From: Apus apus
Taxonomy: Eukaryota
DNA: 64,000 nt
Assembly: GCF_020740795.1 (NCBI RefSeq)
Contig: NC_067282.1
Coordinates: 18,089,172-18,153,171, forward strand
Direction of reading: 5' to 3'
The position numbers and the translations under genes are program-made. Positions 51,401 to 64,000 of the stretch are shown one piece after another. The notes beneath the pieces are model-generated. The model did not search any database, had not been told where the DNA came from, and saw only the letters and a program-made list of their open reading frames with translations. Positions within the stretch are counted from its first letter, which is position 1. The number at the start of each line of letters is the position of its first letter.

Positions 51401-54400
51401 TTTTACTACAGAAATATTAGGGAGGCAATTAAGAACCTCTGAAGTCACCTGGTACCTGGGAAAAATAACTTAAACTGGAAGAGAAGAAGAAAAATGGGTG
51501 ATTGGCAATTATAAGGGGAAAAGAAAGCAGTACGAAAAAGGCTGTGCAGTAAAGTGCGATTTAAGCTTTGGGAAAATTAGAGCAAACAACACACAACTCA
51601 AAAACAAAGGGAAACAAGAAATAATATAATCATATTGTAAAAAGATAGTTCTTTACACACAACTCAAAAGCTTTCCAAATAAATTCTGTTGCAGGATACT
51701 TGTAAAATACTTCAGAACTCAATAACGCTAAAAAACCTCAAGCAGCTGTGATTCATCTGAGTAATCTGCTTTTAGGAAACCTGCTATAATGGCTACTATA
51801 GCATTATACTTGCTAATTACTTTAGATACAAGCATTAAAAATGAGATTTCCTCCCAATTCTAGCTCCTTTTAATGTCGACTGCAAAAAGTAGATCTACAG
51901 AAAAGTATTGAAGTCAGCCATTTTCAAATTATATATACGCTGTGTATTTAATATAGTACAGATTATCCCATTTTTACAAGTATTATAAACCAGATTTCTT
52001 GAGCATTTGAGGTATATCATGTGCAACATTGTTACACCTCAATCACCACTGATACCAGTATACAGAGAAGTGCCAAGATAACTCTTCTGTTTTTTTAAAA
52101 TATAATAGTATAATTTTAAATTTACTCTATAAAACCATGAAGCAAACTGTTTTGAGAAGATACCTAAGAATTGATACAGGAGGAGGTATTGGATGCAATT
52201 CCCTTCTCAGACTGAAAATAAAAATGCAAGTTGATTTAGAACTGTTTCATTTCTTCTTAACTAAAAGTCCTTTTTTTTTTTGCCTTGCAATTGCAGCAGC
52301 CTGAAGAAAATGAAAATTATGCAATTTTCATGGTAACAAAACTGTCCAAAAATTATAGTATGGAATAAATACAGCACTGAATATTTTAGAAGCAAAAAGC
52401 AAGATATGAACAGAAATATTAAGATGACAGATCAGACATTCTTCAACTGTTTGTGGCCAGGAGATGGGTATCTCCATTAACAGGACTACTCATTCAACTT
52501 CAGCTAAGGAATGATGGCCAAAATAATGTTAAGACATGGCATTAAAAAAATCCCCTATAAAATTATATATATAAAAGAGAGCAGTTGCCCTATAAACTTA
52601 CCCTTGCATATTAAAAATCAATGACTTAATTAGTAACTTTTCTAACTTCTAGCGCAAAATGTAATTCACAGTGTTGATGACTCTCACCTGTTTTCATTAA
52701 CAAGGAAACTGAATTCAATTCTCTAGCAGACCTTATATTTGTCCAAAATGGTAAGAAATTTCTGTACTAGAATTCACCACTCCCTTCTACAGTGGTGTAT
52801 TTCATTAAGGTCCCTCCAGGTAAAGGAAAATTATTTCCAAATGTCTCTTCAGGAGGTGTTAAGTCCCTTAAACCTTACACAAAATTGTAATTGACTGGAA
52901 GATGCCTATATTATAACACATAAACCATAAAAGTGGTTAAAGCTGATAGTTTGGCACTGTAAACTTGAATTTGGGGGATGCTTTTGCTTGTGTTATTATT
53001 TTCCTCAGAATATTCTACTACTTTGAACCAATGGCTAGCTCACTCTTAACTAGGAAGTTAAGCTGCCAGTGGTTTATCCATTAATTCATCTGTATATATG
53101 ATCTGAAAGTTACATTATCCCAAAACAGGTCAATTTACTAAATTACATCCAGTAACATTAAATAATTTTAAATAAAAATACTGCTCTTCTTTCAAAATGC
53201 AAAATTGCCGTGTGCTCCTGAGCACTGCAACCTAAATCCAGAGCTAATCCCTCCTCTGAGTTGGGCATCATACTAGATGATGATCTAGATCTCTCATCCA
53301 GAGATCTCTTCCAGCTTAAACTACTCAAGAAGTCTACTAACTGCATGACAGACCCCATCCAGGAGTTTGAAAAATAAAGCTCTCTTACCTCACACAAAGT
53401 TACACAATACGTTAAACTAAGTAACAGCTAAAGAAAACGTAGCTATAAAATTTGTAGAACACAGGAAACTACACAACTCTATTTTTAAATAGGAGAACTA
53501 ATGACAAGAATGTTTATCAGGTTTTATAGCTGTCAACAGAACTTGGTCTTTGAGAAAAGCACTATAACAGGGATAGAGCAGATAGTTAAAGTCAATTTCC
53601 TCTCTGGTGTCTCAAGTCATTAATAAAGTTGATGGAGATGACTAAGTTACACTATTAAAAAACTATACACTAAAAACAGCTATCACATCAGCAAAAAAAA
53701 GGAATACACACTGCATAATATGCAGATACATTAATTGCAGTAAATGCTACAAGTTGAAAAAACATTCCTAATTGTAGTAACAATGTTAATTATAACTGTT
53801 GACAAAAAAAAAATCCATAATGCAAAAAAGATTTATTATTAATCCAGTGCATCTCCTAAATAATTCCATTATTTCAATAATATTGTCAAGGAAGTATCAA
53901 TGTTATTACAATAGGGGAAATTCTTTTAAAACTAATTAACTGCAAAAGTATAGGAATGTATTTGAGAAAAACTTCCATACATTAGGATCTTTGTTCTCTT
54001 TTTGTTCTGAGAACCAACAAGAAAGGTTTTAGCTGTGGGGCCTTTCTTCATTTCCCTTATCTATCTTTCGGAGAGCACTCAGTTGCTGAGGATAGTCCTC
54101 AACACCTAAATCCCACAGAAGAAACACCACAGGCAGTTAAAACAGGACAAAAACACTGCTACTCTAAGCTGAATCTACTCTTCAAAACACACAAAATTTA
54201 CCTTGAACAATGTTTTAAAAACACAGATATATTGTAATAAAAAAATACTAAATTTGTATTACTGTGCCAGACAGCTACCATAGTATATGAAAAATGCCTT
54301 GTAGCACATACTAGTATACTTTACACAGGATCAACAAAAAAATGGGTACAACAGTACTCCATTAGACAACTTCATTAACTAAGTATTGAAAAGCATCTCA

Positions 54401-57400
54401 GTGCATCACTTAACACATTAACACTGGAAAAGACAGAAATGGGTTGCAGTTTTATGTGTGAAAGAGAACACACACTGAACACTTACACCTTACAGACTTA
54501 GAAAAAAAAAACTTTTCAAGAATAAAGTTACATATTCTCTTAAATTCACCTTTATTTTAATACAAGCCATTTCTGATCTTTACAAGATGGAAGACAATGA
54601 AAGACCCTCCTTCATTTAGGTAAAACTAGCTTCTACTTTCCAAAAAATGCAAGCTGGTTTTTTTTTGGGGGGGGAAGAGTGCAGTACTAAATAACTCTGA
54701 TCCTCCCAGTATGCTTTGTTTTTTTAAGTCATCCTCTTACAGCTAGATGCAAAACCCAATCTGAAGAAAAGCTGCCTTCCATTCAACACATCAATTCTCA
54801 CATGATATTTCAGTCAGGTCTACACTGGCAGTTTTGGAAGAGAAAGAAGCTGAATTGCTTTAATATTAGTCATATTACAAAGACATTTAGGGGACATATC
54901 ACTAAAAAGCAACATTTAATAATCCCCTGAAAGAAAGCAGCATTTAATACAGAAGAGACAGCCACTGGGCTTAATCTAAAAGAGGTAAGCCCACACATCA
55001 CCTGGAGGCCTCTCAAATTTTTGAGCATCAGACTGAAAGATCCCAGAAATTGCATTTTTACTTAGCACTATACTGTAAATCTCATTTTACCTGTTAGCTC
55101 TCAAAAAGACTGTCATTTCTAGCAGCTGCAAAGCCATATATATTAATGCAATCTGATTACAAAGAAAAAAACATTAAAATATGAACAACCATTACAATCT
55201 CAAAAGATTTTGCTACAGGTAATTTTTTTTCTTAAGACTCATTTCAACATGACTTGAAAGACTAAGTTTTTCTCAAAGCCTGAGGAAAAGAACAGCTGAG
55301 TATATTAATATATTTAGTGTTCTTGAATCTGACCAAGAAAAATGGTTATTTTATACTTTCCAAATACAACTGATGTTTGAGACAGCACTCCAATGCTCTT
55401 CTTTCATTTGTAATCTATCAGATTTTATCTACATTTCCCAGGTCCCTTTCACTTATTTGATTTTTTTATTCAACATTTTTCTAATTACTTCCACCATGTA
55501 AGAGCAACCCATGACATCCTGTAGAACATGAGTACATACATAAAAATATAAAACTGGCTCAAAAAAAATCTTTTTCTTTTCATAAAACGTGGACCAAACC
55601 ACCACCACTCAAAGAGGAAAGTAGATTGATTTTTCACAACACAAAAGACTCCCAAACGCTCCTGCTATTCACCAACCTCCATATGGCAGACAGGGCTTGT
55701 TCCAGCCTGGAAATGTTTCAGCTACTACCTCAAAATTAGCAAACAGAGAAGTAAAAAATCTTGTGGAAAAATACTGAAGGAAGAAGGCAAGTTAAGAGCT
55801 GGTTGAACCTGTTTCGAGAAAGAGTCAACTGAAAACGACTAATACCTTAAGAGTTAAAACTGTCTGTGGGAGAGTGTCACCCTCAGCAAACTGTTAAAAG
55901 TACTGTCAATTTATTTATTTTTTTTTTCCAAAATTTTGAGATTGGCATAGAAAGTAAACTAGATTAGGAAAACAAAATGCTTTCAACTGTTAAACAATGG
56001 AGATGTTTTCTCACTTCTGTATCATGAGAAGCAGAAAATAACCACTGCTCTGAACTACAGGAATAAGGCAAACAAACTAGAAAAGACAAAGAAAATTCAA
56101 AATTATGTTAAAATAATGTGAATAATCATTATTGGTTTTCATCTCAGAACAAGTGAACAAAGGAATAGTTATTGTCTGAGCCAGAAAATTAAGTTTAACA
56201 TATTTTTTTTAAGACATTCATGAATAGACACTTTATCACAGAGACAACTGAGAATTCAGTCACTGATTTGTATGCAGAGATATTCACTCACCTCCAGTAT
56301 TAAAAACTGACCACCACTACTGCAGAAGTTGTCTATGTGCCTACAGAGATTTTTCTGAATGGCTCTATCTAGTGACCTTAGACACTAAACTTTTCCAGAA
56401 GCCTACCTGCTGATTATAGAATTTTGCTCCATATTAAGATTTATATCTTTTCTGCTTCACTGTTCTGTCTTTTAGTTACTTGCTGCTTCTCTGAATGTTA
56501 ATACTGCATTTAAAACACTGCATTGATAGATCATTATTTCCTGAGTTTTCTTCCCATCTCTCCCACTTTCATTTGCTGTAATATAGTAAAAATTGTGTAT
56601 ATAACACCTACAGAATAAAACTCACGGAAAAGGCAAGTTAACTATAGTTCCTCATTTTCTGACATTCTGTGGAAAATGTTATTCACTAGTTAAAAAATTA
56701 ATATATATAGATAGCAAAATCTGTCCCCAAATGAACTGCATATGAACAGTAGCTAGGCATAAAATCCAAAGACTTCAATTCCATTCCTCTATTAAATCCC
56801 TTTCCATGTCATCTGTTCAGGTAAAGAAAAATCCTACCTTGTCCCTTCACTGGATAGGGCTACAGAGATGAAGCACTCTGTGAGGGTGTAACTGAGATAT
56901 AAAGATGGACTTTTAATTTTTTTTTTTCCAAATGCCATTGCTGTTGACCATTTGAGAGCAAACAAGAACAGAAATGTATTGTCAGAATTTCTCCTTGATC
57001 TAACAACTAATACTCACAGTGAACACAAAAATCTGCTTCTCAAATATTTTAAGGTAAACTTTTCACAAGACAAGGGTGCTTGAGAAGGTGACCACTACAA
57101 CAGATCTGGAAATCCTTTTTTGAAGAGAAAAAAAAAAAAGGGTGATATCTATATATTAACTCTCTTGATTGCAATTTCCCCATTACAACATTCTGTTAAT
57201 TAATTTTGTTCCATTGGAGTGAAGAGCCTCTTTAGGTCCATGGAACCAATATATAAAAACACTTTCTCTCTTCTATTAGCTTCAGTTTTTGAATGGCAGT
57301 AATGATATTAAAAATATCACCTGAATGTAGTTCAACAGCGGAACATAACACTTTTTTTTTCATTTGTAATCAATTTAAGGCACTTAGTTGTTTACTTACC

Positions 57401-60400
57401 TGCAAAATTACTTTCTGAAAGCAATATCCACCATAAATCCTCCACATTCACAACTGATACACCTAGTATAATCATACAGCATTCATAATATATTCACATC
57501 TTCAGATGCATATTAGAGAATTTATGCTGCAGCTTAGAATTAAAGCATCAAAACAGACACCCATAAAACCATAGAGGATATCTTACTTTCACAGAACAAG
57601 CTGTAAATAAATTAAGATGCACTCAAAAATTCCCCCAGGTGGGCATAGAGTTGAAGAGCTGCTTAACTGGTAACAAAGTTTGGGCTAACTGTAGTATTAT
57701 GCAGATATACACTAAAATATTTAACTGAAAATTAGGTGTTATAAACAAAGCTGAATTTTAGGTTTCCAAAATGGTACATTTTCCTTGCACATGAAACAAA
57801 TCTAGGCACATATTCAAAAAGAGTGAACACTGGACTGATTCAAAATAATCATTTTGCCCAGCTGCAAGATTAAGGATGAGATGAATTGAAAGTCATCAGT
57901 GTTTTCTTAGAACAAAAGTTAACCAGCCAAGAATATCCTTTATCATTAGGTGTTCACGTAAAAATCTAACTACTTTTTAATTGGAATTTCAAATATAACA
58001 TTGCAAAATCAACCTAAAACACTTTAAAAGCAGCACTAGTTATAGCCACAGTACACTAAGTATGACTCATCTCCTGACTGGTTTACTAACAACTTTCCTC
58101 TCCAAATAGATATGACATATGCTGACTAAATTGTAGCACGACAAAGTCCAATTGTAATTGCTATCCCAAAACTGATCTGAGCTGCCAACTGAGTAAAATA
58201 TGCAAGTATTTGCAAAAATGAAGCTGAAACCTGAAGTTTTAAACCAAGATTAAAGCTTACTTTCATCACTACAAAGGAGTCCTGTAGGAGAAACTTCTAA
58301 GATACATATACAGTCTATAATACTTGTTATGAATGTTATGAATGTTGCTTACAATCAGAATAGTTCAATGTTTATTATTTCCAAAACATCTGACCTGCCC
58401 ACACATACAGCACTTAAAAAACACAAAACATTAATAAAAAAGCATCAATTAAACTTCCCAGCATGTAATCAGCCTCCACAGCTTTCCAGTTCTCCATAGT
58501 TTTCCAGGTAGTAGTTTTATACAACCCGGAGGTTATTTAATGTGAAACAGGACCAAGATGATGTAGGCTTGAACAAATATAGATACTTATCATTTGAATA
58601 AATACTGAAGAAAATCAACACATATTGTACTAAAGAATTCTAGTATTTTAATCAAAAGTTTAAGAAACTGGTCAACTGAAAAAAATCCACATGGATTTAG
58701 AAAACCTCTTTTCTAGTTGAATACCCTGACCCAAGTCCACACACAGAAACTCTTAAGCTACATTGTCCACTTCCATCAAAAGATCCCTAACCAAATCTAT
58801 TACATATATGTGGTATAGACTCCAAGGTCAGAATCATGTTAGGGATATAATAGCAATAAATGGGGATAAACAAAAATATATAGCTCTTACCTGAAGGACA
58901 TAAAAATTCTCCTATGGATTAACAAATGTTTCATAATTCAGAAAGGGCAAGGGAGAAGACACACAAAGACTCCAGAAGATCAGCAAATTTTTAAAGGATT
59001 ATAAAAATTAGCACTAGTTTTTACATACTTTTTAACACCTTTTGTATGAATACATTTAGGAAAGACAATTAAGAAGCTAACCTGCCTCAAGCGTATCAAC
59101 AAACCTATATTCAACAACACTAGTAAAAGCAGTGTGCTTTAAGTCATATACAAACCAAAACTAATCCAAATACTCTTTCATCCTACATAACCCTACACGT
59201 GAAAGAGTGAGCCATTACTCACTGTAAAAAATAATAATGTTTGGGAAAAACATCTTTAAATTGCAAACCTTAAATAAATCTAATTGACTCTTTAAATATT
59301 AGTTTCTATTAAGCAGTCCCCACCTGAACAGTTAAAAAACAGCTCAACAGAAACTCTTTTTTTTTCTTTTCTGTCGTTTTTTTTTTAAAAAAGACCATAC
59401 TTTTTAAAAATGCTAATTCTTCTAACAATCTACACCTAATTTCTGGCACATTGAAGTGGAACATAAAGAAAGACCTGATGGAATACAGAAACATCAGACT
59501 TAAATTCCTTGTTCCTCATAGAAGACTTAACCAAAAACAAGCATTAGTTCTAGTAAGATATAAACCTACCTCACGCCTACACTACAGAAAGGAGGCTGGG
59601 GAAATATGAATGAGAAAAACCCCAAATATTTTAATTGAACAAAAACCCCCAGCATTTAGCCTGGTATCAAAAGACAGGCAGGCACATTAAGACAACTTAA
59701 TTTCTATGTCTCAGTTTACTGAATTACCACTAATGAAATTTTTCACTCCATGAGAGTTACTAAAGCAAAAGGTCAGAGGCTTACTATTTAAACTGAGAAA
59801 AAAACTACTCAAAAGGCACTGCTCTTGAGAGAGAAACTAGATTCATAAATAAGCTTTCCTCACATTAAGTAACAGATCCATTAACAGGTTTCGTCACATC
59901 AAAAATTCTCTGTCTACAGACTCACTTATTGCTTTTGGGGTGTTTTCTTCTTTCATTAAACAGACCCTTTGAATAAAGACAAACTTTTCTAACCAAAGGA
60001 ACTTATTTTAGCTGCAAGTCTCAATGCCACCAAGTAAGATCTCAGGATTTAGAAAGGTGGATGAGTCCAAAACAGGTACCAAGCAGACAACTGAAACTGA
60101 AAGTATATCTCTTCTTAGTCTGGATAAATACGTGTACAAACTCCAAGTCAAACTTAACTCCAGTAGCTGAGGAAGAAAAAATGAAAATTATTAGAGCAAA
60201 CAGTAATTTTAGCTTCTTCAAAATATATAGGGCATTTATCAAACAATTACATTAACAAATTATTTTTCCAAACTGTTTATAAACACCATATTTTTACTTG
60301 TCAGAAGACGGAAAATTGAAGAATTCACTATTTAGAGAACTCAAGTTACGGTTTTTTTAACTTGTGAGCAGTAAAAATTTTCATAAATTAAAAATATAGA

Positions 60401-63400
60401 CTTATTACATTTGCTCTTTAATAGAATTATTTCTTAGTCTCTAAAATTAATGAAATAGGAGAAGCTAATTACACCAATGGAGTATTCTATAAACGAGCAC
60501 ACCAGATGCATTTTACGTCTTTCTGTTAATAATTGAACAAAAATGGCATCTGCAGAATCTGAGGCTTCATGAAATACCAAGACTGGCAAAGACTGATGTC
60601 GTTTTGCAATCTCACATTAAGTATCTTTAAAAAAGTTTTCTTTTAGTTTCTTGATCCATTAGTCTTACTGAAAGAAAATTAAGATATAAGCAAAAACACA
60701 ATCTAAATAACAGACAAAAAATTCTTTATCAGTTACTGTAAAGAGAACAAACCTGTGAATGCTTAAAGTAGTACTACAACACCTAAATTTGTACTGGAAA
60801 ACTAAGCACTTTTGACTGTACATTATGTATGAATGGTCACTTGTTCTGTTTGCAAGTTCACATGAAATATTATGTTCTAAAGCATTTTGTGCAATCATTG
60901 GGAAACCATGGCAACAAAGATTTTAGGCTCCTAAATATCTATAAATATATATAACATAACGCAATGAAAATTTATCACATCAGGCTAAATATTCATAGTT
61001 CACACACAATTAAATACAAAGTTATACATTAAATGTAATTATTATTTGCTTCATTACTGAAAAATTACCTTAGTAGCATCCTTCATACATGTAAAAACAA
61101 TCTAGAAAGTCAATTTTGAATCATCCTTAAATGGTCATGAAATACAACTAAAAACTACCTTACTCCACAAAAAGCTTTGGTTTATGGATACAAACACATA
61201 ATAAACTACAAAAAGATGGCTGAAGTTCTGCTCTGAATTTTAGGCAATGTCTTTTCATACTAAAAGCATACATGACAGTTAAAATAGTTTTGATACCTTG
61301 TAGAGTAATTAAGTGTTGGAAGGACTTTTTTTTTAGTTTCTGATAATAATACAACGTGGATATTTTAAGGCCTGTTTAGGCACTATTATTCTTGCCTAAA
61401 CCACCAAATTCTCTATCAAAAACACTGTTAGAGGAAAGAGAAGAATTGCAAGATTTAAGCACCTCTCTACTTATACATATCACTGCAATCCTGGAAAAGG
61501 AAAAAAAAAAATTTGTTCAGCCAGAACTAAGACCACCCACAAAAGCACAAATTGTGTATTTATAAACTGCTTGTTCAAAGGCCTATCCTATGCTACTTTA
61601 TGCACAGGAAGAAATTCAATCACTGAAATAAAACCACTGCCAAGAAAGCAGGAATGTTTTGACAGGTTGGTTGTTTTTGTTTGTTTGTTTCAATTTCAGT
61701 TCTACATTTGATGATCTGCATTTCTTCAAGTTAATTTTACCTTAAAAGACTTTTAAGGTGTGAAACATGAACTGCTTACTTTCTCTGTGAGTGCATGCTG
61801 GATTGCAACAAGGAGCTAATTCCTCTCTCCCAACCAAACTCTACAAAAGAGCTTTTATAAAGCTTAGCTTTATAGCAGTTTGTTAAGAAACAGTAACTAT
61901 ATTCGTACAACCTCACCAAACTTCACTGCCATCCGCTTAATTAAGTACACTAGGATGTCAAGATAAAATAACCAAAATGTATTATTAGTAGGAAACAGAT
62001 CAAATTTGAAAAGATCATTGGAAAAAAATATTAATTCATTTATTAGTGGAAATCTGCCTTAGCTTACTTTACTTTTGAGTAAGATGGGAAACAAGTCTGC
62101 ATTCAGTGAATTGGGCCTTTTGAGCATAATGGCACCACAAGACAGAAAAAGACACATGCAGTTCTAGTCACTTAAGAGCCAAGAACTGCAAAAAAACTGT
62201 TCTTAAATTACAGAATTCTAGGAAACCTAACTGATAGTCTTCCTTTCAAAAATGTCTACCAATTAACTTGCAACGTGGAAGTGAAGAATACAATATGCCT
62301 CATTAAGCTCAAAATAAGGAAACAGGAAGGTGTATTTCTAAACTGCTACAAAAAAGAACAAAAGTCACATAAGAAAGATTAATTTTTTTATTTAGTTTCT
62401 GGAACTCCTGAATCTATGAACTTTGTTGTTTTGGAACGTGCTTTTTTACCACCTTGCTTTCATCTGTCTTACAGCTTTTAACTGAAATCCACTACAATCT
62501 CTTGCTGTTGAAGCAATCTCCACTGGTTTAGCAGCTGCCACTTTATGCTGATACTTACAAAACACAGTTGAGCAGCAGAACTTCAGTGTAAGAAAAATTA
62601 AAGGAAAGCAAAACAACACCTAGAATCAATTATTGAAAAGACTAGGACATTAAAAAAGAGTTAAATATTTAATATACAATCTTACATGAAAGAATAGTAA
62701 GCATTTAGAAGTTGAAAGTGTTGAAACACAGAAACAGCTCCTTACATGTTCATGTTAAACCTGAAGAACAGAATTATCTTGGAGGGAAGGGGACAAGGAC
62801 ACCCAAAAATCTCAATGCCCTCTTTAAACAAGCTGTATGCCAGTATCACAGCTATTTTTTCAGAAGTACCATACCCACTTTACACTATTTTGCAGTGCTA
62901 CTACAGATTTAAATCTGTGTACCATAAAACTAAGACTACTATGTATTTTGGTAGACACATGAAAGCTATTTTAATAAACTAAATCCAAATCACGCTCTTT
63001 TCATGCTTCTATGTTGATGACATGAATAAAAGCAGTTCATGGAACTAGAATTATTTAGTAAGAAGGCTCTGATGGAGATGTAACAATGTAAATCTATGCA
63101 AGCCATTCACAGTAGGATAGTAACAATTGCACAGTTTGTATTATTAACATATTACTAGTCCTTAGAAGTACTATATTTTAAAAAAAATATTTGTGCTGCT
63201 GAGAAATAAAATATTGCTTCCAATCAGCATCAGTAAGGTCATCTTTTAGAAAGAATTATGTATACAAAATTAAAATCAGTAGAATATTGCAGGCAAACAC
63301 ATGTCCTGATTGAGCTATCACAAAATTACTGCACATTTATACTGAGTTGCACCAGCAGATTTTCAACTTTTAGAGGACGTGGGAAAAGCCCTCCAAGTGC

Positions 63401-64000
63401 TTATCCATAACTTCTCTAATAGAGATCACACAACTAGAGTAATCAATTATTTAGGAATCACTAGGCTGTACATTAGATTAAAAATCAATGCAACCAAATT
63501 TTTAATGTACAACATCACCATGAAAAGAATCTTTCAGAACGAGTATTCCTCACACAGAAAACATTTTTCTCTGTAATTAAATCAAGTAAAAGGTAACTGC
63601 ATTAAACTTGATCACAAGATGTTTTTCAAAAGTAGTCACACTGAAAAAATCAAAGGTTATCAAGTTAGGGAAAAGATACAGAAAGAAACTTTAAACAGGA
63701 AAGCCTAACACTGCAGCCTTTTATGAAAGATTCCAATTCTGGTTGTCATTGCACTTACCATTTATGTCCTTCTTTTATACTGAACAGTAAAAAGGCATAG
63801 GATAAAAGTGAAGGAAACTTACTTTTCAAAGCTTTCAAGAAACAAAAACAAAGATTAGAAACAACTATTATTTTCCTTCTAAATACATGGTTGGCAGAAT
63901 ATTTTAATATAAGGATTATACCAAAAGTGTTTATCAAGATCTGATATAGTACAAACTATCTACCAGTATCATGAAATGCAATTTTCACCAAGAGGCAACT

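Noticed and set aside
53158-53397. 79-aa minus-strand ORF (..SLSWKRSLDERSRSSSSMMPNSEEGLALDLG..) inside the PSPC1 intron
   Set aside because: It resembles PSPC1 only by chance (SWK..LDE). It has no splice-site context, lies in low-complexity AT-rich sequence, and does not match the expected upstream PSPC1 peptide.

Overview
This window is vertebrate (bird-like) nuclear DNA, not prokaryotic. It has introns with canonical GT-AG splice sites and several copies of the avian CR1 LINE. It contains the 3' ends of two genes arranged tail-to-tail (convergently).

1) The + strand at 1-14273 carries the last 12 coding exons of MPHOSPH8 (M-phase phosphoprotein 8, MPP8). These cover the Lys/Glu-rich central exon, four ankyrin repeats encoded roughly one per exon, and the conserved C-terminal tail ending ...VKLLISAYRVQLQ*. 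Every exon junction is phase-consistent.

2) The - strand carries the last three coding exons of PSPC1 (paraspeckle component 1). The stop codon is at 40793-40795 and the protein ends ...[12 protein letters not shown]. Further upstream PSPC1 exons were not found in the remaining sequence to 64000; they lie in a large intron or beyond the window.

Human 13q12.11 has the same convergent MPHOSPH8/PSPC1 arrangement, so synteny is conserved.

The roughly 26 kb between the two stop codons is AT-rich and has no credible coding potential. It contains a 5'-truncated CR1 element (about 19.7-21.1 kb, + strand) that still shows decayed ORF2 reverse-transcriptase reading frames. Further CR1 3'-end fragments lie in MPHOSPH8 introns, in the intergenic region and in a PSPC1 intron. 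Several microsatellites and homopolymer tracts are present.

There is no CRISPR array, operon, rRNA or convincing tRNA, and no promoter, because the 5' ends of both genes are outside the window. Nothing suggests a novel defence or mobile 'system'. The most interesting points are structural: a compositional strand-skew switch that implies minus-strand transcription well beyond the PSPC1 stop, and the much larger inter-gene spacing compared with human.
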